64,000 nucleotides of DNA from Eutreptiella sp. 'Long Island Sound 2002' (taxonomy: Eukaryota > Protista > Euglenida): the NCBI GenBank assembly GCA_964036045.1, contig OZ038378.1, positions 156,612,001 to 156,676,000 on the forward strand, given 5' to 3'. This document shows positions 11,343 to 21,066 of the stretch, in pieces. The notes beneath the pieces are model-generated. The model saw nothing but the letters and a program-made list of their open reading frames with translations. It was not told the origin of the DNA and did no database searches. The number at the start of each line of letters is the position of its first letter. Position 1 is the first letter of the stretch. A program made the translations under genes and the position numbers.

Positions 11343-12692
11343 CTACTCCGCCCAAATGGACCAGTCAGCACACCAATCAGTGTGGCCGTCCTCATGTGGT
11401 ATATGCCAAGAGGCATACTGGTGCCTGTGCCACACTGCATATTTCTGAAGCCACTGGCGCAGACAATACCGGACATGACTGTCCGAACAGGGCATGTGGT
11501 GTGCAATACATGTGACCCACCGCTTGCTAAGAGAAACGTCATGTGGTGTGTGACTCAGTAAACGATGTAAAGCATGCTGGCAAGCCCGGACAGCCACACC
11601 CTTGGGGTGTTCACACGGCAGGCTGACTTGTAGCCATGCTGAAGCAGACAGGAGGTAATCGCCCCAAGAGGACAAGAACCGACGGTAGTTCATTAACACA
11701 CCTGTAAACAGGTTGGTCAGGCTGGTCTCATTAACAGCCGATGCAGACTGTAAAGGGGCACCATGTTTCAAATTCCAGCTTGCATCAAGGGCAGAGGGGT
11801 GCACGCACACAGTGCCACAGGACCCATGTCGGCTAGCCGCAAGCCCCAGCGCATACAAGGTACTGCCCATGCACTGGCGCAAGCAGTCTTGGTTGGTGTC
11901 AGTAATGCAAGGACACAGCACCCGCAGCGACCAAGCAGTCGCCAACAACCTACAGACATCCGCCATGGCCCATGTTGCACCGACCCCTACAGCGGCTACC
12001 AATATGTTATCTCTGAACTGTGCCAAAGACACAATGCGCCCATTTTGATTCTTCCATATGGGGAATCCCCTGGCAGTGAATGATAACTCACCCAGCTCGT
12101 AAAAACGTTGCTTATTCAAATGAAATTTCCAAATGCTATGTAGGTCCGCTGCTTGAGCGCTGAACGGGCCTCCCATCGGTAAAGCAAAGGCACGGGACCA
12201 ACATTGTCCGACAGCGACACAAAATCTGTCTTCCTGCAGGCAAAAACGGATCATGCTGGTCAATTCTTCATGGCTGATCACGTCAAAATTATACGCATTC
12301 GCTTTCCCGCATCTATCCAAGCATTTATCATACTTATGTATCGACCAAAACATCTGGGTGGCTCGCCACTGACGTTCATTCCGCAGCCACTGGGTAGCAT
12401 CGTCTAGATGCTGTAGTACATCCCTGGGCAAGATGCGGTTAAACTGATCTTTGCAGTCAGCTTCACCGATCACAGTGCAGCCCCAACTGTTCAAGTCATC
12501 AAGCCACCCCGCAACATCTTGAATGGACAGGTGTAAGAAGCAGCCAGTAACCTCTTTGCTGAGGAACCGCAAAAAACAGGTGAAAGCTCGCGCCGCAATG
12601 CGCAAGCGCCAACGAGGTACGACTGGGGCACAGCTAGCACATATAGGACGCCACGTAATTGCAGGCAGCCCCCCCCCCCCCCCCCCAAACAC
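11343..12692 (-). CDS. Penelope-like reverse transcriptase, 5'-truncated (unit 2)
   Basis: 449-aa uninterrupted ORF with the same motifs as unit 1. Confidence 0.8.
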   Translation of the reverse strand: MFGGGGGGLPAITWRPICASCAPVVPRWRLRIAARAFTCFLRFLSKEVTGCFLHLSIQDVAGWLDDLNSWGCTVIGEADCKDQFNRILPRDVLQHLDDATQWLRNERQWRATQMFWSIHKYDKCLDRCGKANAYNFDVISHEELTSMIRFCLQEDRFCVAVGQCWSRAFALPMGGPFSAQAADLHSIWKFHLNKQRFYELGELSFTARGFPIWKNQNGRIVSLAQFRDNILVAAVGVGATWAMADVCRLLATAWSLRVLCPCITDTNQDCLRQCMGSTLYALGLAASRHGSCGTVCVHPSALDASWNLKHGAPLQSASAVNETSLTNLFTGVLMNYRRFLSSWGDYLLSASAWLQVSLPCEHPKGVAVRACQHALHRLLSHTPHDVSLSKRWVTCIAHHMPCSDSHVRYCLRQWLQKYAVWHRHQYASWHIPHEDGHTDWCADWSIWAE

Positions 12693-13206
12693 CCAAATAG
12701 GGTGAAAAACACATAAAGAGGGGCTAAAACATGCTTTACATAGGATATTTGATCATTTTGGATGGTCAAAGTATCAAAAAAATCAGTTTCGGAAATTTCC
12801 ATTTTCGAGCTGCCAAGGCTGGAAAACTGCATCAGCAGGTTGTGCCCTAGACCCCTTGGGAGCCCCCCCGTGCGGTGACACGTGGGTGTGTCAAGTGGTG
12901 ATTGCGCTCTGGGAGATCACGCAAGCAACAGCATGCACAGCCAAAAAGAGATCAAGGCTGATCACGAACCGGAATGTCCGGTCCTAGGCGCCTTTCGCCA
13001 ATGTCTGTGGAGAACAGCGACACCGCGGACCTGTAGCATATGCACAGTGGATGCCCGCTCAGACTGGGCCAGCCATGCCATGAACACGCTGGAGTAGTGT
13101 CGCTTACAAGAAAAAAATTCAGACATTGGCGTCTCTTTTAAAAGAACGAAACCAGCACAACATCTCAGTCCTGACCCCCTCCCCCGCCCCCCTTTGGTGT
13201 GGGGGG

Positions 13207-14550
13207 CTACTCCGCCCAAATGGACCAGTCAGCACACCAATCAGTGTGGCCGTCCTCATGTGGTATATGCCAAGAGGCATACTGGTGCCTGTGCCACACT
13301 GCATATTTCTGAAGCCACTGGCGCAGACAATACCGGACATGACTGTCCGAACAGGGCATGTGGTGTGCAATACATGTGACCCACCGCTTGCTAAGAGAAA
13401 CGTCATGTGGTGTGTGACTCAGTAAACGATGTAAAGCATGCTGGCAAGCCCGGACAGCCACACCCTTGGGGTGTTCACACGGCAGGCTGACTTGTAGCCA
13501 TGCTGAAGCAGACAGGAGGTAATCGCCCCAAGAGGACAAGAACCGACGGTAGTTCATTAACACACCTGTAAACAGGTTGGTCAGGCTGGTCTCATTAACA
13601 GCCGATGCAGACTGTAAAGGGGCACCATGTTTCAAATTCCAGCTTGCATCAAGGGCAGAGGGGTGCACGCACACAGTGCCACAGGACCCATGTCGGCTAG
13701 CCGCAAGCCCCAGCGCATACAAGGTACTGCCCATGCACTGGCGCAAGCAGTCTTGGTTGGTGTCAGTAATGCAAGGACACAGCACCCGCAGCGACCAAGC
13801 AGTCGCCAACAACCTACAGACATCCGCCATGGCCCATGTTGCACCGACCCCTACAGCGGCTACCAATATGTTATCTCTGAACTGTGCCAAAGACACAATG
13901 CGCCCATTTTGATTCTTCCATATGGGGAATCCCCTGGCAGTGAATGATAACTCACCCAGCTCGTAAAAACGTTGCTTATTCAAATGAAATTTCCAAATGC
14001 TATGTAGGTCCGCTGCTTGAGCGCTGAACGGGCCTCCCATCGGTAAAGCAAAGGCACGGGACCAACATTGTCCGACAGCGACACAAAATCTGTCTTCCTG
14101 CAGGCAAAAACGGATCATGCTGGTCAATTCTTCATGGCTGATCACGTCAAAATTATACGCATTCGCTTTCCCGCATCTATCCAAGCATTTATCATACTTA
14201 TGTATCGACCAAAACATCTGGGTGGCTCGCCACTGACGTTCATTCCGCAGCCACTGGGTAGCATCGTCTAGATGCTGTAGTACATCCCTGGGCAAGATGC
14301 GGTTAAACTGATCTTTGCAGTCAGCTTCACCGATCACAGTGCAGCCCCAACTGTTCAAGTCATCAAGCCACCCCGCAACATCTTGAATGGACAGGTGTAA
14401 GAAGCAGCCAGTAACCTCTTTGCTGAGGAACCGCAAAAAACAGGTGAAAGCTCGCGCCGCAATGCGCAAGCGCCAACGAGGTACGACTGGGGCACAGCTA
14501 GCACATATAGGACGCCACGTAATTGCAGGCAGCCCCCCCCCCCCAAACAC
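13207..14550 (-). CDS. Penelope-like reverse transcriptase, 5'-truncated (unit 3)
   Basis: 447-aa uninterrupted ORF with the same motifs. Confidence 0.8.
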   Translation of the reverse strand: MFGGGGLPAITWRPICASCAPVVPRWRLRIAARAFTCFLRFLSKEVTGCFLHLSIQDVAGWLDDLNSWGCTVIGEADCKDQFNRILPRDVLQHLDDATQWLRNERQWRATQMFWSIHKYDKCLDRCGKANAYNFDVISHEELTSMIRFCLQEDRFCVAVGQCWSRAFALPMGGPFSAQAADLHSIWKFHLNKQRFYELGELSFTARGFPIWKNQNGRIVSLAQFRDNILVAAVGVGATWAMADVCRLLATAWSLRVLCPCITDTNQDCLRQCMGSTLYALGLAASRHGSCGTVCVHPSALDASWNLKHGAPLQSASAVNETSLTNLFTGVLMNYRRFLSSWGDYLLSASAWLQVSLPCEHPKGVAVRACQHALHRLLSHTPHDVSLSKRWVTCIAHHMPCSDSHVRYCLRQWLQKYAVWHRHQYASWHIPHEDGHTDWCADWSIWAE

Positions 14551-15063
14551 CCAAATAGGGTGAAAAACACATAAAGAGGGGCTAAAACATGCTTTACATA
14601 GGATATTTGATCATTTTGGATGGTCAAAGTATCAAAAAAATCAGTTTCGGAAATTTCCATTTTCGAGCTGCCAAGGCTGGAAAACTGCATCAGCAGGTTG
14701 TGCCCTAGACCCCTTGGGAGCCCCCCCGTGCGGTGACACGTGGGTGTGTCAAGTGGTGATTGGGCTCTGGGAGATCACGCAAGCAACAGCATGCACAGCC
14801 AAAAAGAGATCAAGGCTGATCACGAACCGGAATGTCCGGTCCTAGGCGCCTTTCGCCAATGTCTGTGGAGAACAGCGACACCGCGGACCTGTAGCATATG
14901 CACAGTGGATGCCCGCTCAGACTGGGCCAGCCATGCCATGAACACGCTGGAGTAGTGTCGCTTACAAGAAAAAAATCAGACGTTGGCGTCTCTTTTAAAA
15001 GAACGAAACCAGCACAACATCTCAGTCCTGACCCCCTCCCCCGCCCCCCTTTGGTGTGGGGGG

Positions 15064-16406
15064 CTACTCCGCCCAAATGGACCAGTCAGCACACCAATCA
15101 GTGTGGCCGTCCTCATGTGGTATATGCCAAGAGGCATACTGGTGCCCGTGCCACACTGCATATTTCTGAAGCCACTGGCGCAGACAATACCGGACATGAC
15201 TGTCCGAACAGGGCATGTGGTGTGCAATACATGTGACCCACCGCTTGCTAAGAGAAACGTCATGTGGTGTGTGACTCAGTAAACGATGTAAAGCATGCTG
15301 GCAAGCCCGGACAGCCACACCCTTGGGGTGTTCACACAGCAGGCTGACTTGTAGCCATGCTGAAGCAGACAGGAGGTAATCGCCCCAAGAGGACAAGAAC
15401 CGACGGTAGTTCATTAACACACCTGTAAACAGGTTGGTCAGGCTGGTCTCATTAACAGCCGATGCAGACTGTAAAGGGGCACCATGTTTCAAATTCCAGC
15501 TTGCATCAAGGGCAGAGGGGTGCACGCACACAGTGCCACAGGACCCATGTCGGCTAGCCGCAAGCCCCAGCGCATACAAGGTACTGCCCATGCACTGGCG
15601 CAAGCAGTCTTGGTTGGTGTCAGTAATGCAAGGACACAGCACCCGCAGCGACCAAGCAGTCGCCAACAACCTACAGACATCCGCCATGGCCCATGTTGCA
15701 CCGACCCCTACAGCGGCTACCAATATGTTATCTCTGAACTGTGCCAAAGACACAATGCGCCCATTTTGATTCTTCCATATGGGGAATCCCCTGGCAGTGA
15801 ATGATAACTCACCCAGCTCGTAAAAACGTTGCTTATTCAAATGAAATTTCCAAATGCTATGTAGGTTGCTGCTTGAGCGCTGAACGGGCCTCCCATCGGT
15901 AAAGCAAAGGCACGGGACCAACATTGTCCGACAGCGACACAAAATCTGTCTTCCTGCAGGCAAAAACGGATCATGCTGGTCAATTCTTCATGGCTGATCA
16001 CGTCAAAATTATACGCATTCGCTTTCCCGCATCTATCCAAGCATTTATCATACTTATGTATCGACCAAAACATCTGGGTGGCTCGCCACTGACGTTCATT
16101 CCGCAGCCACTGGGTAGCATCGTCTAGATGCTGTAGTACATCCCTGGGCAAGATGCGGTTAAACTGATCTTTGCAGTCAGCTTCACCGATCACAGTGCAG
16201 CCCCAACTGTTCAAGTCATCAAGCCACCCCGCAACATCTTGAATGGACAGGTGTAAGAAGCAGCCAGTAACCTCTTTGCTGAGGAACCGCAAAAAACAGG
16301 TGAAAGCTCGCGCCGCAATGCGCAAGCGCCAACGAGGTACGGCTGGGGCACAGCTAGCACATATAGGACGCCACGTAATTGCAGGCAGCCCCCCCCCCCC
16401 AAACAC
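15064..16406 (-). pseudogene. Penelope-like reverse transcriptase (unit 4), frameshifted after motif B
   Basis: GGTCCGCTGCT of units 1-3 is GGTTGCTGCT at about 15865 (net 1-nt loss), splitting the ORF. Could be a real mutation or a read error. Confidence 0.75.
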
Positions 16407-16790
16407 CCAAATAGGGTGAAAAACACATAAAGAGGGGCTAAAACATGCTTTACATAGGATATTTGATCATTTTGGATGGTCAAAGTATCAAAAAAACCAG
16501 TTTCGGAAAATTTCCATTTTTGAGCTGCCAAGGCTGGAAAACTGCATAAGCAGGTTGTGCCCTAGACCCCTTGGGAGAACCCCCCCGCAACACCCAAATA
16601 GGGTGGAAATAGGGTGGAAAACACATAAAAGGGGGCTAAAGCATGCTTTACATAGCATATTTCATCATTGTAAGTGGTCACAATATCAAAAAAAAATTTT
16701 GCAAAGTTTTCCATTTTTGACCTGTAGAGGGTGGAAAACTGCTTAAGCAGTTTGTGCACACACCAAAGGCCATTGAACCACCTACAAGCA

Positions 16791-17185
16791 GCAATTTCGA
16801 AGCTTTTGGGGGGCCCATGGCTCGGACTATATGGGCTTGGCGGCCACTACGTGGGTCCCCATGGGTGCTCAAGTATCCGTATTGTCACTAAATCATCACC
16901 CAAATCCATCCCAGGGGCGACAGAAGGGTTTCGGAAAAAGGCGAATTTCGGAAATCTTGCAGGTGTCACGAAACAGCCTACACAACGGCAATTTCGGGGC
17001 TTTTGGGGGGGCCATGGCTCGGGCTATATAGGCTTGGCGGCCACTACGTGGGTCCCCATGGGTGCTCAAGTACCCGTCTTGTCACTAAATCATCACCCAA
17101 ACCCATCCCAAGGGCGACAGAAGAGTTTCCGAAAAAGTCGAATTTCGGAAATCTTGCGGGTGTCACTAAACAGCCTTATCCAGCG
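16791..17185. repeat. Two tandem copies of a 197-bp repeat
   Basis: GCAATTTCG starts at 16791 and 16988. The copies align along their length with scattered substitutions. Confidence 0.85.
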
Positions 17186-17429
17186 TGAAAACGGCTAAGT
17201 CCTCACTAGCAAGGGCCCATAGAGGGGGTCGACCAGGGGTACCCGGAGTTCAGACCCGGGACCCCCGCCATGGGTTAGGGGGTCCATGTACAAGAAAAAA
17301 ATTGCCCGGGACCTGGGTCCAAATCCACACACAGCACCTAGAATACGCAAAGAAGTTTCGACCCCCCCCCCACACCCCCCCCCCCACCCCCACCCCCCCA
17401 AAAAGGGGTACCCGGGTATGGGGGGGTAA

Positions 17430-17600
17430 AGGGGTCAGAAACAAAAAATTCATTGGGGGATCATTTTCTCTCCTAAAATGATGATTTTACAAGGGGTTGG
17501 ACATCCGGTACCATACCTTGGGGTATTGTACGCGAATGACCCCCAAAAAGGGGGGTATATGGCGTACGCACCTGCGCTTGATCTAACAACCCTCTTCGAG
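17430..17600 (+). repeat. Dispersed repeat; second copy at about 62680-62850
   Basis: Shared ATGATTTTACAAGGGGTTGGACATC...ATGACCCCCAAAAAGGGGGGTAT...GCACCTGCGCTTGATCT...CTCTTCGAGGTGATTTT. Confidence 0.8.
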
Positions 17601-18173
17601 GTGATTTTGTGCATGCATCATCACCACTTCTCCCCAGATAATGCCCCCAAAGCGTGTTTTACCCATACACCCAAATAGCATCACCCAACCATTGCATACA
17701 GTGCACACTGGCCACGTTTCAGCAACTTTTAGTGTGGGCATGTATTGTGTGTGCGCCGGGCTGACGTCGCACCGCCCGCACCGCATGCACTGCGCGGTCA
17801 GCACCCTCCTTGTCCCTCGCAATCAAAGAATAAGCAATCTGCGGCAAGTTTAGCATCTGCAGTAATTCACAGCTTTTGCGGCTTAGGTTCCCTTTGAGAC
17901 GGGAATTCGCGATTGTGCGATTCGGAATCGGTTTGCCAATGGCATCGTGGAGTAGTCACCAAGTCCATCACGAGGGCACCGTCCACTGTGCAGGCGCGGG
18001 CCCCCTATTCGTGAGTGACCTTTAACCGCGTCAGGGCATCTGGTGTCAGACACGTGCAACAGCATTCAGTTGCGTGTTACGCTTAAGGACAACGTGTCAG
18101 TGCAAGGATTCAGCACTGAGAAATGAGATGACCACACCCTGTCGTGACATGTCTTATATGGACAGTTGTGGAG

Positions 18174-18208
<35 letters not shown>

Positions 18209-18303
18209 TCATCTTTTTTTTTTGGCTCAGACCAAGATGAGCTGGCGTAGCCTGCTCACTCCACAGTACTCGAGGTGACCCCTCGGGATCAAGGTTCAGA
18301 GCT

Positions 18304-18609
18304 GGGGGGCGTTTTCGCACAGCGCGCGCACAGCGCGGGCACAGCGCCAATTATTACGGTGATTATCCAGGTAACAACCCTGAAAACCACGCACCTGCGG
18401 AATCATGCACAATTAATTCAAAACTCAAAAATTCAAACATCTGATGCTTGTCATGGGTCCCAGGGACCTAAATTCTGCCCCCTATAGCCCCGTCCACTGC
18501 AGCAGCCATTCAATGACGTCCTTTCAATCTTCTGAACTTACCAAACTCCCGGTGGTGGAGAACAGCCAACTTTTCGCACAGCGCGCGCACAGCGCACGGT
18601 ACACCCCCC
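18304..18609 (+). repeat. Dispersed ~300-bp repeat; second copy at 34010-34301
   Basis: Both copies start GGGGGCGTTTTCGCACAGCGC and end AACAGCCRACTTTTCGCACAGCGCGCGCACAGCGCACGGT-x3-CCCCC. Confidence 0.7.
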
Positions 18610-19171
18610 TGTGCAGTGCTACGATGATCCCACAAATGACTGTGGTAGCGGATCTGACACGTCGTGAGGATTAGCTGGGTCTGAAACCAGGTTATGCAGT
18701 GGGAGACTGCCACGCCCGTAGGCTTCCCAGTGTGCGTGAGGCACAATGACTGTAGGCTGAAGAAGACACACACACACACACACGTCATCATCTTATTCAG
18801 TAGTTGTGACAAAAGCCGCGGTTCCAGAAATGACCATTGCAAGTGTCGCGTCCTGACACGGGTGCGTTTTTGCGGAAGCAGCGAGGGGCAGCTGCAACAG
18901 CGACGGTACGATGCAAGTTTATCAGGTCGAACCAACTCATCCATTGTCTTACCTGCAGCCTCCACTGCAAGCGCGCGTGCAACCAAAAGCAAAGCCTAAA
19001 ATCTTGACTTGCTATCAAAACCCATGCCTATCCACCAATCCCACCAAGCCTGCTGCCAGGCAGACAGAGGCATTGGGGCACTGCAAACACACAAAACCAC
19101 TCAGGGTGTGCAAGCACAGACACATTAAGCGGCCATGCTACAGACACATATGCTCAACGTCACTGCACATA

Positions 19172-19614
19172 CCCCCCGCCCCCCTTGCAAACTCCCGGGT
19201 TAGCGCGCGACGGTCTCCCGGGTGGGGGGGGAGACGGTCGCCAAGTGACGGTCTCCCGGGGGGGGGGGGGATTGCAAGGGTATTTCAAGGCAAACTGTGG
19301 TACCCTCCACTAATGCAAGCAAAGAGAACACGTGTGAAGCGACTTTCGCGTTGATGCCAATGTGCTTTATCCAACACAAATGTTATTGGGGATCCAAAGG
19401 AACGGTAAAGAACTTCTGGGTACGAGAATAACACACTTTGAACTGTTGCACATGCTCAGTTTGCATGACAGGCACGTGGTGTGTTGCTAAGCAGGTGTAA
19501 AGCAGATGGGCAACACAAACCAGCACAATACATGTTAACTAGAAAAACATGGAAGTGACGGTCTCCTGGGTGGGGGGGGGGGATTGCAAGGGGGGGGTTT
19601 GCAAGGGGGGGGGG
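19172..19614 (+). mobile_element. MITE, Cn-TTGCAA TIR family, TA-flanked
   Basis: TA at 19170-71 and 19615-16. Terminal C-run-TTGCAA inverted repeats. Internal sequence matches 30371-30790. Confidence 0.8.
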
Positions 19615-20280
19615 TAACCGTTCTAGGTGAACGGAGTGATGGATCGCCAAGGGACAGGGTATGACAACGGGCAGCCGAGGAGAAAGGACCGAGGCTACGT
19701 AGCGCCCCGGGAAGGCTCAATACCTTTGTGTGAGCCCATGGGGTCGCTCAAATGACACTTAGCAGCTGCGGCCAAGAGGCATCACGGATGAAATGCTTGT
19801 CACAGGGGCCCACGATCCCAAATGCAAAATGGCCGCGTAACCCCCCCAGCATTCCATTGCGCAAGCACAGGCGCGGCTTTACGCGCTGCATCCCAGAGTC
19901 TTGCTGGAGCCAAAGGCTGAACACCGCGCAAAACCATCGAACTTAACAGTCATTTGGACACTCAACAATGGGAGCCATACCGGCGGTCCCTTCACTCATG
20001 ACATTGGGCGGACGTGGTGGGCGGAGCGGTCCTGGGGCATACTATTAGAGAGCCATGGGCAGACACCTGTTGTTCTGAGGTAGTGGATCTGTGTTGTCCT
20101 TGCGGCGTTCCCCTGCAAAGGCAGTCTTGTGCACCGAGAGTTCAGTGCTATACACACATTGGACCATTGACAGCAACGTGGTCGACTACCTCACACCCCA
20201 TCTCCTCTGCGTCGGCCACTTTCATCCCGCGGCCCCTTGCCATTCTATAGTCCAGTGGTCCGCACTGCCATCAAATCACG

Positions 20281-21066
20281 ACTTCTGAGGGGGAATGTTT
20301 GCCCGGCGCGCGCCCGGCGCGCTACTTTTAGACTATGTTCCCCCCGAAGAGCCCCCAAGCACACCCCTTGGAAACGCCCTTAGAATTAGGTGACCCAAAC
20401 TGCCCCAGCTCAAGAAAGTTGCAAACTGGGGTACACAGTACCACTCTCGCTCCTTTAAGGGCGGTCTTGGTCAACACCTTAGCAAGTTGGGAGAATGGGG
20501 GGTTAGGATAGCACAACCACATCGATCTCCGGTAGAAGCGATAGGCGTCATTGAGGTATCGCGAACAGTAGAGCTGCATCATAACATTGGTCCCACAAGT
20601 GTGGGTGTCAATACATTCAGTACAATCGTGCTCCTTACACTCATCCCAAACTACAACGGTGGAGCGTTATGGCAACACAACACACACACTTCTGCCTCAT
20701 CCTCTGCCTCATCTTGTGTGCCACAACCGAGCAAACAGCTGCTCAATGCGTGCCCTATACCACCCGTGCACGTCATTGTAACATTGTTGGCGGGCTGTCA
20801 AAGTGCCATTCTTTCTTCCAATTAATGGCACAATGACATGAATCCGGCCCTTATAAGCACCATCCTGGCCCCCAACTTCGAAATCAAAGAAATCACCTCG
20901 GGTACGAGAAGGTCCATACCCATCCCAAATCTGCTGATGTCCCGGGGGCCAAGGGGCAAATCCATATAATGTTGCCCAACATATCAACGGCAAAAGTCCA
21001 CCGGTAGGGCACGGGTCAAAAAAGATGCCCGGTGCGCGCCCGGCGCGCTAACGTTCCCCCTGAAGT
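20281..21066. mobile_element. TIR-bounded ~790-bp element containing a methyltransferase remnant
   Basis: Left ACTTCTGAGGGGGAATGTT versus reverse complement of the right end ACTTCAGGGGGAACGTT. GCCCGGYGCGCGCCCGGCGCGCTA occurs just inside both ends, in direct orientation. Confidence 0.5.
20420..20600 (-). pseudogene. DIRS-type N6-adenine DNA methyltransferase fragment
   Basis: Reads QLYCSRYLNDAYRFYRRSMWLCYPNPPFSQLAKVLTKTALKGARVVLCTP, with NPPF (motif IV) at 20504-20493. Resembles the NPPFxLIxxVLxK...ARVxLxxP pattern of DIRS MT domains. Confidence 0.65.

Larger units (their letters stand above)
8910..16770. repeat. Tandem array: ~200-bp satellite monomers alternating with four ~1.65-kb RT elements
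   Basis: Element starts (GTGCGGTGAC) at 9158, 11006, 12870 and 14728 (periods 1848, 1864, 1858); ends at 10807, 12668, 14532 and 16388. The monomer AAACACCCAAATAGGGTG...CTTGGGAG-Cn lies between and outside the elements. Confidence 0.95.

Noticed and set aside
8940-16600. Telomeric repeats at the RT junctions, as for Athena-type PLEs
   Set aside because: No TTAGGG-type tandem repeats; the junctions are poly-C tracts of an internal satellite.
8910-16770. CRISPR-like or DGR/retron-like reading of the repeat-RT array
   Set aside because: Units are 1.86-kb near-identical duplications with no unique spacers, Cas genes or TR/VR pair. The RT motifs are PLE-type and the context is eukaryotic.
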